Part shown: positions 1 through 9,481 of the stretch, in pieces | How the letters are laid out: each line of letters begins with the position of its first letter | How positions within the stretch are numbered: position 1 is the first letter of the stretch | NCBI GenBank assembly: GCA_963847185.1 | Contig: CAWJYV010000007.1 | Location: 480,001 to 544,000, forward strand | Length of the DNA stretch: 64,000 bases | From: an uncultured Methanosarcinaceae archaeon | Lineage (GTDB): Archaea; Halobacteriota; Methanosarcinia; Methanosarcinales; Methanosarcinaceae | Direction: 5' to 3' | Program-made: the position numbers and the translations under genes | The notes under the pieces: model-generated | Seen by the model: only the letters and a program-made list of their open reading frames with translations | Databases searched by the model: none | Told to the model about the DNA's origin: nothing

Positions 1-2
1 TT

Positions 3-953
3 TTACCAGAGAATAGAGGTATAAGCTCCCACATAAATGCACAGCACCACATCAAGGATCATTGACCCAAACATAATTGCTCTGTAGTTTGAGCCGTTAA
101 GGAAGAGTGCGCCGCCTCTCTCAGGGGTGGGATGTTTGATAAAGTCAAAACATTGCATAAGCATCCAGAGCCCTGAAGCAAGGGCTCCTGCAAAATACAC
201 AGGTCCGAGCTGAGCTGACCAGCCTATGATTACTGAGGCAATAACCCCGATAACCCACCAGAAAGTAACGAATCTGGCAGTTAAAGGAATTCCAAAGGTT
301 ACTGGAAGTGTTGGAGCACCTTTCAGCCTGTCTCCTTCAACATCTCTGGCAACACCTCCAAGGGTAAAAGCCCAGTCCGTAACACACATCATGAGCCCGA
401 AACAGATCGCTGAGAGGGGCAGAATTACTCCGTCGCTGCCTTTCAGAATCCCAGCCGGGTCAAAGGCAAGCCAGACACCAACAGGTACAAGCCCGTATGA
501 AATTCCCACAGGCAGAAAGCTGAGGAAAGTACTCCTCTTTGCAAAGATTGAATAAACAGTAATAATCCCCGCCGCGATAAAAAGAATCAGGAGAGACTCA
601 GGGTTCAGGTAAAAGGCCGCTGCACCTGCAATTCCCAAAAGCAGGATTGCATAAGCAAGTGCTGCACTCTTTGAAACTCTGGAAGAAGGCAAAGGGCGAT
701 TTGGAATATTGATTGTATCAATATCAACATCACACCAGTCATTAAAAACATATGAACTTGTAATAGCTGCAAAGCCTCCTATGACTGCAATCAGGAAGGG
801 TAATAATTCAGGAAGCCCTCCGGTCGCCAGGTAAGAAGCCAGGATTGCACTCGAGGCCGGGAGGGTGAGATCCATGTAGTAGAGTTCGGGTCTCAAAAGC
901 CGGAGATAAGGGCTGATTTCCCCGATCCTTGCTGTAAGGGACAATAGTTTCAC
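3..953 (-). CDS. UbiA-family prenyltransferase (integral membrane)
   Basis: Asp-rich motifs NDWCDVDID..N.PNRPL and RDVEGDRLKG..TLPV; about 8-9 hydrophobic helices; GTG start. Confidence 0.85.
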   Translation of the reverse strand: MKLLSLTARIGEISPYLRLLRPELYYMDLTLPASSAILASYLATGGLPELLPFLIAVIGGFAAITSSYVFNDWCDVDIDTINIPNRPLPSSRVSKSAALAYAILLLGIAGAAAFYLNPESLLILFIAAGIITVYSIFAKRSTFLSFLPVGISYGLVPVGVWLAFDPAGILKGSDGVILPLSAICFGLMMCVTDWAFTLGGVARDVEGDRLKGAPTLPVTFGIPLTARFVTFWWVIGVIASVIIGWSAQLGPVYFAGALASGLWMLMQCFDFIKHPTPERGGALFLNGSNYRAIMFGSMILDVVLCIYVGAYTSILW

Positions 954-1208
954 CTGCGCTTTTCTATTTTCTTTTGATTTTATATTGAATTTTTGTCTCA
1001 GGAATTTTATTCTTCAGGCTCTTTCTCAATTTAGAAGGTTGTTTACAGGTAGTCCTATAAGTGTTTGCATCTCAAAAAAGTTTTCTTTTTATCTTCTTAG
1101 AGGCAGGTTTTGTGTAAGAAAGTCCTAAGAATTCAGAAATAATCAGGTAAAGTTTAAAAATTTATGAAATATTTATAAAATATTTCTCTTTATTTTCACT
1201 TTCAAAGT

Positions 1209-2681
1209 TCATTCTTTTTTCCAGGCTTCTCTGTATATCAGTTTTGCTTTTTTACTTATATCTTCAATTAGCGGATGGCTGAACTCTTTTTCGCAGACAA
1301 ATGTATATTCTGCTTGCGGATTCAGGTCAATCAGTTTAAGGGTATTCGAGAGAGCTGTGCTGAGGGATTCGTAGTCCGGAAATTTCGGAACCTCTGCGTT
1401 AAAAGGATAAACTTCCTCCATTTCGACAGGAAACGCTCCAAAGGGTGCTTTAAAAGTGAGGACTTGATCATAACTTCTCTCTCCTTTTAACTGGCCTGTG
1501 CGAATAAGTACGGAGCCTTCCAGACTGAACCTTTCCAGCCTCTTCCCAAAGCGCAGGACTTCCGGACGGGAGGATGATTCTGGCCCGCAGTAGAAATAAG
1601 TTCCTTTTGTCGCCGGGTCAAACTGTTCCAGCCAGGAGGAATGGGTATAAAGCTTTTTCAGCCCATCAAGAAGCTTTGGATGAGCACGGCAACGCTGCTC
1701 TACAAGCTCGAGTAAATTTCCATCCTTTATGCACTGCTTAATCAGCCGGATTTCAGCAAAAGTTGCATAGAGGTTATGCCTTCCCAGAAGCTCTTCTTTA
1801 TTTTCCGCCTTTTTCAGTTCTTCGGCAGTATATTTTGAACATATGGGACAGGAACAGGGCAGATAATTTAGTTTCTCCACATGGTAAGTCCCATGTGCAG
1901 TAATATATCTTCCGTCCTTGGCATAGAGGGCATACGCTGCCGAATCAAAAAGATCACAGCCCAGAGCCACTGCAAGAGCGAACATCATTGGATGCCCTGC
2001 CCCGAAAAGATGTACAGGTGATGCTGGAGAAAGCCCTTTTTTGGACGCTGCAATCACATCAACAAGTTCTGCGTACCGGTAGGCTTCCATGAGAGGGACA
2101 ACTGCTCCCAGTGGATATACTTCAAAGTTCAGGGTTTTGAGGTGGGAAGCTGCTTTTTCTCTCAGTTCCGGATAAGTTGAACCCTGAACCGGGCCTGCAA
2201 GGAGCTGTTCCCCCTGAATGAATTTACGGGCAGCTTCCAGCCTTTCGGCCGTAATTACCAGTTCCTCTTCAGCCCTCCTGAAGTGAACGTCAGGAGGTGT
2301 GGGAATATCCAGAGGGACAATAATATCGCTTCCTATTTTTTGCTGGAAGCCGAGAATTTCTTCGTTCGTAACTTCCACTGATCCGTACACGGATAACTGG
2401 AAAGAACCCGAGTCAGTCATTATAGGTCCATTAAAGTCCAGAAGTCCGTGCAGTCCTTTCTCAAGGGCGACTTTTTTAAGCTCTTCCTTTCGGTATATAA
2501 TATAGGAATTTGTAATCAGGATCTCTGCCCCGAAACTTCGCATTTCTCTCGGGGGGATAAGCTGGATATTTGGATTAATTACAGGCATAACTGTAGGTGT
2601 CTCAACAGTCCCGTGGGGAGTTTTGAGCCTTCCTATTCTGCCGCCTGCGTCCTTGTCGAGAATTTCGAATATTGTTGACAT
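1209..2681 (-). CDS. tgtA: Archaeosine tRNA-guanine(15) transglycosylase, catalytic subunit lacking a PUA domain
   Basis: GRIGRLKTPHG.VETP, MTDSGSFQ, GPVQGS, HLFGAGHP, DLFDSAAY and Zn motif CSCPIC...HN. Confidence 0.95.
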   Translation of the reverse strand: MSTIFEILDKDAGGRIGRLKTPHGTVETPTVMPVINPNIQLIPPREMRSFGAEILITNSYIIYRKEELKKVALEKGLHGLLDFNGPIMTDSGSFQLSVYGSVEVTNEEILGFQQKIGSDIIVPLDIPTPPDVHFRRAEEELVITAERLEAARKFIQGEQLLAGPVQGSTYPELREKAASHLKTLNFEVYPLGAVVPLMEAYRYAELVDVIAASKKGLSPASPVHLFGAGHPMMFALAVALGCDLFDSAAYALYAKDGRYITAHGTYHVEKLNYLPCSCPICSKYTAEELKKAENKEELLGRHNLYATFAEIRLIKQCIKDGNLLELVEQRCRAHPKLLDGLKKLYTHSSWLEQFDPATKGTYFYCGPESSSRPEVLRFGKRLERFSLEGSVLIRTGQLKGERSYDQVLTFKAPFGAFPVEMEEVYPFNAEVPKFPDYESLSTALSNTLKLIDLNPQAEYTFVCEKEFSHPLIEDISKKAKLIYREAWKKE

Positions 2682-3100
2682 GCCGGCGTTATAGATGCCT
2701 CTCAGATATATTTATCTTTGGGGTGACGGCTTTACCATAAATTTACTTATCTTTTTCCAGCTTTTTGGATGGTATTTCACATTCTTTATATTATTTGTCT
2801 TTTTTACTTTAAACTAATATTTTTGCTCCAAAAAAGATGAAGTAATAATTTTGGGAGTCCCCCCTGATAATGACAACACTTTACTTACCTTGAGAATTAG
2901 TTTAGAATAATTTAATTAAGTTTATATAATAGCATTCCGCGAACATATAAATAAAAATCATGGATTTAGAAATCTCAGCCTTAAAGTATTTTTATCCATT
3001 TAAACCGTATTACTTCTAGGTTCAAAAATCGATGTCAATAAAAGCAGAGCTTTTGAAGGCTAATCAAGTGATGTAAAAATAATTAGTAGAGGTCTTTGTT

Positions 3101-5005
3101 TTGTGGCAATTAAAAAAAATTGGAATATTATTAGTTCTAATAGGCTTTGCACTACAGGCCGCTATTGGCAGTGCAGCAGCTACAACGTTTTACGTTGACA
3201 CTGGAGGGCAGGGAAATTACACAACGATCCAGAGTGCTGTAAATGACGCTAGCGAGGGCGACACGATCATAGTCAATTCTGGAGTGTATTCTGAGAGAGT
3301 TACTGTGGATAAGATGATTATTTTAAAAGGCGCGTCAGGCTATCCAACAGTTGTCGATGGATTTGAAATAGATGCAGCTGGTACCCAGGTAAATGGGTTT
3401 ACCATTAAAGGTTGGATCTGGTTTGATATGGGAGCTGGATCCTGCATCATCCGGAACAATAGATTTGAAGGAGCCGGCGTGAGTATAGGTAACAACTATC
3501 TTCATGGAAATCAGACTATAATAAATAACATCTTTACGGACAGTTCAGCCGCTATATCAACATATGATAGTATGGACAATAAAATTATCGGAAATAAGAT
3601 TCAAAACTGTAGTACAGGTGTAGAGCTTTTGTCCGGGGGAGGAGGCCACGTCATTACCGGAAATAATATCACAGATTGTGATGTGGGCATAAAATTATCC
3701 GATGAATCTGCTACAATTTATAATAACTACTTCAATAACAATATTAACCTGCAGACAGCAGATGAATTTGCAGGAACAACTCTAAACACTACTAAAACAA
3801 AAGATACAAACATAATAGGCGGTCCTTACATAGGTGGTAACTTCTGGGGCTCTCCTTCAGGAGACGGGTTTTCTCAGACTCAGTTAGATGCAAATAATGA
3901 TGGTATCGCTGAGTCTATATTTCAAATAAATGAGAATATCATTGACTACATGCCTCTGATAATCTCCAGAGCCGAGCCTGTGCCTTCACTTCCAGTAGCA
4001 AATTTCCAGATAAATATCAGTCAGGGCCCTGCTCCTCTTTCTGTTACATTTACTGATCTTTCTGAAAATATAGTTTCGAGGAGCTGGGACTTTGAAAATG
4101 ACGGAAAGATCGACTCTACAGGCAAAACCGAAGTCCATGTGTATATTGTCCCAGGAACATATACAGTAAATCTTACAGTTGCCAATGAGATTGGACTAGC
4201 TTCGAAACTTGCCACGATAACTGTTACAGAAACAAATGGAAATAGTGGAACAGAGAACACCGGAACGAGTGGAGATTCTTCTGATGGTGGAGATAGTGAT
4301 GGAGGCAATCACCACAGCAATGGTGGTGGAGGCGGTGCAGGGGGATCTCCTGAACCTCAAAAGAATGTTGACGTCAAGGAACTCTCACAAGCATTTGTCA
4401 CAAGTGGAAAAAATGTAAAGTTTGATTTTACGAAGAATGCAACATGTGTTGTTTATGTGACTTTTGGTTCAAAAAAGACCTTTGGAAAGACCACAGCTAT
4501 TGCTGAAATGCTGAAAAATAAATCTTCTCTTGTTTCCGAGCTTCCTGAAGGTGAAGTTTATAAATCCTTTAATGTGTGGGTAGGGAACGGTGGAATAGCT
4601 TCAGAGGAAAACATTGAGAATCCTGTCCTTTGTTTTAAGGTTGAAAAGTCCTGGCTTCAGGATAAAAGTATAGATCCGGCTTCAATCGCCCTCAACTGGT
4701 ATAACGATAAAAAATGGGAGCAGATTCCGGTTAATATGTCAGGGGAAGATGAATACTATCTGTATTTTACGGCCAATGTTTCTGGATTCTCTTCTTTTGC
4801 AATAACAGGAAAATCAAATGACACTGCTGCACAGGAAGTTTCTAAGCAACAGGAAGATAATTTACCTTTCATTGGATCAGTAAGGCTGACCAGTGATGCC
4901 AATGACACTATAGTAAAAGGCGGCCCTGGAAAGAAAACTCCAGGATTTGAGTTTGTTTTTGGAACTGCCTGTTTCTTTGGTGCATTTTATTACAGACGAA
5001 AATAA
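3101..5005 (+). CDS. Cell-surface protein: signal peptide, NosD/right-handed beta-helix, PKD, PGF-pre-PGF domain, PGF-CTERM anchor
   Basis: YTTIQSAVN..GDTIIV.SGVYSE; NIIGGPYIGGNFW; PKD WDF.NDG; GGGGGAGGSPEP.KNV; GFSSFAITG; C-terminal TPGF + hydrophobic stretch + RRK. Confidence 0.9.
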   Translation: MWQLKKIGILLVLIGFALQAAIGSAAATTFYVDTGGQGNYTTIQSAVNDASEGDTIIVNSGVYSERVTVDKMIILKGASGYPTVVDGFEIDAAGTQVNGFTIKGWIWFDMGAGSCIIRNNRFEGAGVSIGNNYLHGNQTIINNIFTDSSAAISTYDSMDNKIIGNKIQNCSTGVELLSGGGGHVITGNNITDCDVGIKLSDESATIYNNYFNNNINLQTADEFAGTTLNTTKTKDTNIIGGPYIGGNFWGSPSGDGFSQTQLDANNDGIAESIFQINENIIDYMPLIISRAEPVPSLPVANFQINISQGPAPLSVTFTDLSENIVSRSWDFENDGKIDSTGKTEVHVYIVPGTYTVNLTVANEIGLASKLATITVTETNGNSGTENTGTSGDSSDGGDSDGGNHHSNGGGGGAGGSPEPQKNVDVKELSQAFVTSGKNVKFDFTKNATCVVYVTFGSKKTFGKTTAIAEMLKNKSSLVSELPEGEVYKSFNVWVGNGGIASEENIENPVLCFKVEKSWLQDKSIDPASIALNWYNDKKWEQIPVNMSGEDEYYLYFTANVSGFSSFAITGKSNDTAAQEVSKQQEDNLPFIGSVRLTSDANDTIVKGGPGKKTPGFEFVFGTACFFGAFYYRRK

Positions 5006-5010
5006 CAAGG

Positions 5011-5044
5011 TGAAGGGGGGTTACCCTTCATCCCAATCTTTTTT
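5011..5044 (+). terminator. Hairpin plus T-tract after the surface-protein gene
   Basis: tgaaggg/cccttca inverted repeat followed by tcttttttt. Confidence 0.5.
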
Positions 5045-5289
5045 AGCAATACTCATATAAGTGTCAACTATCTAAATATTTTTCATAAAATAGCCACGAC
5101 ACTAGTAAATAGAATGTCGATAAGTATACGGGCTGTTAAGCGATAGATTTAGCAGCGCAAACAAACCCCCAGTTATAAACCCTATATAAAGCAAAATATG
5201 TCAAGGTACTTTCGGATTGGACTCGAACGTTGTATCACAAAGAGCATTCTCTAATTAAAAAAAATATGATGAGTGATAAGTAAATTTTC

Positions 5290-5412
5290 GGCTCTGTAGA
5301 AAACCTACGGAATAACAAATCTACATTAATTTGAACTGAACCTTATGATCTACATTTTCCATAGTTGGTTTCAGTCCCTTAATGCTGATTTAGATAGGTT
5401 TTCTACAGAGCC
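5290..5412. mobile_element. MITE (non-autonomous IS derivative), 123 bp
   Basis: Perfect 18-bp TIRs ggctctgtagaaaaccta (5290-5307) and taggttttctacagagcc (5395-5412); 8-bp direct repeat aaattttc at 5282-5289 and 5413-5420; no ORF. Confidence 0.88.
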
Positions 5413-5448
5413 AAATTTTCTACTATTAAAATACAAGGCGGTATATAA

Positions 5449-6339
5449 ATGAGAAAAAGAAATTTGCTGCTAATTCCTATATTTCTTACTCTTCTAATTG
5501 TGGGATTGTTTGCCCATGCTATTTACATGGATCAAAATGATTGGAGAGAGGACTCACTTAGATATAATTGTGGTTATACGGTCAGTGTGACAGGCCTTTC
5601 CGGAAAAGAAGTACAGGGGACAACAGTGATAATGGTTCCTATCCCCGCATCTAAGGAAGGCAAATTTTTTACTCCACCTACTCAGAAAGATCCTTATTTT
5701 ACCCAGAAACTAATGCATGAGATCCTGAATTGGCCTGAAGAAGACCGCAAAGGGCCCTATTTCAGAAATGCAACTGAATTTTTTGATGACAAAGAAACAA
5801 TTGGAGACTGGACAACTTTCATTGCAGAAACCGACAAAGGCTACATGCTCGGATTCAGGACAAACGAGACGAGGCTCAAGGATATCGAATTTGGTGATAG
5901 CTTCGTCGTAGATCATTTTGATGTTTTTGATCCTATAAATAATGGGAGCCCTATATTATTCCCAATTGAAAACGTTTCTAATATTTCTTCCGTCCCTTAT
6001 GGAGATTACAATATGTATGCTTCAAGTCCGACATATGATACCTACGTCTATGTAAGTGATAATCTAAAACGAGGGGAACCATTATCTTTCGATATCGAGC
6101 TGGATGCAAATAACGATCCGACAGAGTGGCCTGAAAAATACAGGGGTCGATACTTAAATCTAGTATTATCGAATGTTAACGACACAGGCTATGTAAAAGT
6201 CAGGGTTTTTCTGGGACAGGTACTGCCTCAAGGAAATAATATTATTTCTCTATTTGAGAGTCAATATATTAGAGATTACTATGATAATAAAACGTCTCAC
6301 GTTATAAACGAAACTCTCAGTTACACAGACGTTGAATGA
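5449..6339 (+). CDS. Hypothetical N-terminally membrane-anchored protein, paralog of 8191-9090
   Basis: MRKRNLLLIPIFLTLL N-terminal helix; aligns over its full length with 8191-9090. Confidence 0.85.
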   Translation: MRKRNLLLIPIFLTLLIVGLFAHAIYMDQNDWREDSLRYNCGYTVSVTGLSGKEVQGTTVIMVPIPASKEGKFFTPPTQKDPYFTQKLMHEILNWPEEDRKGPYFRNATEFFDDKETIGDWTTFIAETDKGYMLGFRTNETRLKDIEFGDSFVVDHFDVFDPINNGSPILFPIENVSNISSVPYGDYNMYASSPTYDTYVYVSDNLKRGEPLSFDIELDANNDPTEWPEKYRGRYLNLVLSNVNDTGYVKVRVFLGQVLPQGNNIISLFESQYIRDYYDNKTSHVINETLSYTDVE

Positions 6340-6724
6340 AGTCTTTCAGTTGGCCAGATTTCTATGAATTTTACCTGGCCATTTTAATGGTTTCACTTGA
6401 TTGCAGTGACCAAAATAAGGGTGACAGAGGCTCCCTTAGAACAACTTTCTGGTCTTTTTTTGATTATCTTGCTATATGATCTTTTAATTCTTTTTAAAAC
6501 CACTTTGCTAAATTGTTATAATATATTTTCAAGCATATTGACTCAAATATAGCAAAAGTGAACGTAAATTTTCAAATCTCCATTTTTTTATTTAAACTAA
6601 TTCTATTTATTACGACAGATGTACTATTATATAATCTTTTTGTGCAAATTCTCGAACAATAGGGTTCATAAAATTATTAAAAGCTCAAAAAGACTCTAAA
6701 ATCAGTCATTTCAAGGATTGAGTC

Positions 6725-6739
6725 CCAAATATATATAAA
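6725..6739 (+). promoter_or_regulatory. Probable BRE/TATA promoter of the phospholipase gene
   Basis: ccaaatatatataaa about 160 nt upstream of the ATG; 10-bp inverted repeat at 6763-6772/6789-6798 in the leader; aggag RBS before 6897. Confidence 0.45.
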
Positions 6740-6896
6740 CACGTGGCTAAAAGTAGTTTGTAGAGTTTAAATTCACTCTGGGGAGCCTATTTAAACTCCA
6801 CATTGCCCTAAAAGGCATGATTATGTTAGCTTTGCGTATATTTAAGGCTTAGCTTACCTGATTCTGCCTCCTGGGAGATTAACAGGAGTAGTATAA

Positions 6897-8072
6897 ATGA
6901 CGTTAAAGAGAACAGGAATAGGAATACTTCTTTTGACAATGCTGCTGGTGAGCGTAACATTTGTGCCAGCAGCGAGTGCAGCGGCTGATAAGGCAAGCGC
7001 AAAGAATGCCTCTGATAGTAAAGTCGAAACTTACGGTATCAAAGGGCTTGATGCTAAGAAGGTAAAGCAGATAGAAGAAGAAGTCAGTAGTATCAAGAAG
7101 ATGCCGAATACTGTCAAGAAATGTCCTTACATGGCTCTGCTTGTAGCGAACGATAAGGAAAAAGAGATTTTCCTGGGCTATATTGACAAATTGTCAGTAT
7201 CCGATTCTGAAAAAAGTGAAATGAAAAATGCACTGCAAGATATCTGGAGCCGTGTTCCAAATGGAATCACGGAAGAAGATTATCCAGTAATGAAAAAAAT
7301 TGGAAAGGAAATAACCACATATGTTGAAGAGACTTATTGGGCAGGCGATCAAAGTGCTAAATGGATGACAGTAGCACACAAAAATCTAATTTCCGCTGGT
7401 GTCAACCTGATATATACAAACTCTAATTGGGCAAACACGGCATCTGGTGCTGCCATGCTGCCTGATACTACTATTGATACGGGTTCAATCTCTGTACCTG
7501 TACCTACTCCGTTGGGTTTGGTAACGATTTCGATTCCTAAAACATGTTATTACCACTACTATAATCCTGATGTCAGTTTCGGGGGAGCTCCAGGGAAATG
7601 CTCTTCCTACGCAGCAACAGCGAAAACCTACTATAAGAACAAGGACTACACAAACGCTTTCAAAAATCTTGGAATTGCCAGTCACTATCTTTCAGATGTA
7701 GGACAGCCAATGCACTCTGGTGGGGAATCAGGATCGCTTAAGGATTATTTGCTAAATTGGAATGGAAATTATTACCATTATCGATACGAAAAATACGTGG
7801 ATAATAATTGGATCAATGGCCACAATTTTGGGAAATATGTTACTAGAAACACCCAAGTGAAGACAGTAACCGACCCTGCTGCAGCGGTAAGATCGATGGC
7901 ACAATATAGCAATGCTTACTCCACTAAGTTATGGGCCGAAATTTATGCTCATCCAAATTTCGATAAATCAGGTAATGCGGATGATACTACATATATACAA
8001 TATGTAACGATAATTATGAACCAGGAAGCAGCAAAGTATAACGCTGGTCTGGCAAAATATATGAAGAGTTAA
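6897..8072 (+). CDS. Secreted Zn-dependent phospholipase C / P1-S1 nuclease fold protein with a pro-region
   Basis: Signal peptide; trinuclear-Zn ligand pattern W156xxxxH, PD, HYYNP, HYLSDVGQPMH, HYRYE. Confidence 0.85.
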   Translation: MTLKRTGIGILLLTMLLVSVTFVPAASAAADKASAKNASDSKVETYGIKGLDAKKVKQIEEEVSSIKKMPNTVKKCPYMALLVANDKEKEIFLGYIDKLSVSDSEKSEMKNALQDIWSRVPNGITEEDYPVMKKIGKEITTYVEETYWAGDQSAKWMTVAHKNLISAGVNLIYTNSNWANTASGAAMLPDTTIDTGSISVPVPTPLGLVTISIPKTCYYHYYNPDVSFGGAPGKCSSYAATAKTYYKNKDYTNAFKNLGIASHYLSDVGQPMHSGGESGSLKDYLLNWNGNYYHYRYEKYVDNNWINGHNFGKYVTRNTQVKTVTDPAAAVRSMAQYSNAYSTKLWAEIYAHPNFDKSGNADDTTYIQYVTIIMNQEAAKYNAGLAKYMKS

Positions 8073-8190
8073 AAACGGATTATGGAAGCTGAAAACATAA
8101 TTCCACCTACCTCTAGGCTGAAAAATTAGTTTCCATTTTTTTTCTATTTTATAATATTGTTTATTAGAAAAAATACAAGGCGGTATATAA

Positions 8191-9090
8191 ATGAGAAAAA
8201 GAAATTTGCTGCTAATTCCTATCTTTCTTACTCTTCTTGTTGTAGGCATACTATGTTTTTATTCAATCTATACCATAAATGCGGGTATCCATGCGAGGGA
8301 GCCAACTCAAAGATACTACTTTGATTATGATATCAAAGTGACAGGCCTTTCTGGAAAGGAGGTGAATGGAACAACCGTAATAATGGTTCCTATTCCCGCA
8401 TCTAAGGAAGGAAAATTTTTTACTCCATTTACACAAAAGCCTGATTTACTCCAGAAATTTCTGCTAAAAGTTACGCACAAGCCTGAACAAAACCGTGTAG
8501 GTCCCTATTTTGAAAACATGAGTGAGGGACTTGATACTAAAGAGATAACAAAAGGGAAATGGGTAACTTTCATTGCAGAGACTGACAAAGGCTCTATGCT
8601 TGGATTCCGAACAAACGAGACCAAACTTGAAGATATTGATTACGGTGCCTGGTTTGTTGCAGATTATTTTGATATTTTTGATCCCATAAATAATGGAAGC
8701 CCCATGTTATTCCCTGTCGAAAACGTATCTAATGTTTCTTCTGTTCCTTATGGGGACTACACATTGTATACTTCAAATCCGGCTTATGATACCTATGTCT
8801 ACTTAAGTAACAATCTAAAAGGAAGAGAAAATGTGTCTTTCTTTGTCTATTTGAGTGCAAATAATGACCCAAATGAGTGGCCTGAAAAATACAGAGGTCG
8901 GTACAATAATCTACTAGCAGCAAAAGTTAATGACACGGATTATGTAAAAGTCAGGGCTATTCTTGGACAGGAAGTACCATGGGGAAATGACAGTCTTGAA
9001 GTAATGCATACTCAGTATTTTTTAGAGTTTTATGATAATGAAACGTCTAATTATATGAATGAAACTTCCAGCTACACAGAAGTTGCATGA
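8191..9090 (+). CDS. Hypothetical N-terminally membrane-anchored protein, paralog of 5449-6339
   Basis: Same N-terminus and shared blocks (GTTVIMVPIPASKEGKFFTP, FIAETDKG, FDPINNGSP, ANNDP.EWPEKYRGRY). Confidence 0.85.
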   Translation: MRKRNLLLIPIFLTLLVVGILCFYSIYTINAGIHAREPTQRYYFDYDIKVTGLSGKEVNGTTVIMVPIPASKEGKFFTPFTQKPDLLQKFLLKVTHKPEQNRVGPYFENMSEGLDTKEITKGKWVTFIAETDKGSMLGFRTNETKLEDIDYGAWFVADYFDIFDPINNGSPMLFPVENVSNVSSVPYGDYTLYTSNPAYDTYVYLSNNLKGRENVSFFVYLSANNDPNEWPEKYRGRYNNLLAAKVNDTDYVKVRAILGQEVPWGNDSLEVMHTQYFLEFYDNETSNYMNETSSYTEVA

Positions 9091-9481
9091 AGTCCTTAAA
9101 TTTGTTATGTTTCTGTGAAGTCTTCGTTACCTAGTCACCTAATATTTACCTTCATTGCAGTGGGCAACCTAAAAGCAACGAAGACATTCCATGACCCAAC
9201 GCTGTAATTTATGTGTACACTATTTGAATATCGAGTGTTTATAATAATTCAATAAGTGCCTTATAGGTTGGCTTTCCACAAATGTGTTCGTAATTACATT
9301 TTTCTGGACACTAGATATTCACTTCCGTTAATATTACAAAAATATTCATAAACGTTATTTTTTACACTATATTCCATAATTAAATAACCTGAAGTATGTT
9401 TTTATTCGAAGATAAGCGCCTGTAGTTTGAAACATATCGGGAAGTCAGGTAAAGAGATATTGATACTGGAGTGTAACGAAT

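Noticed and set aside
5140-5280. Possible relic of a PLC 3' end upstream of the first anchored paralog (…DLAAQTN…AKYVK versus …EAAKYN…AKYMK)
   Set aside because: The similarity is too short and interrupted by a stop to support without an alignment statistic.
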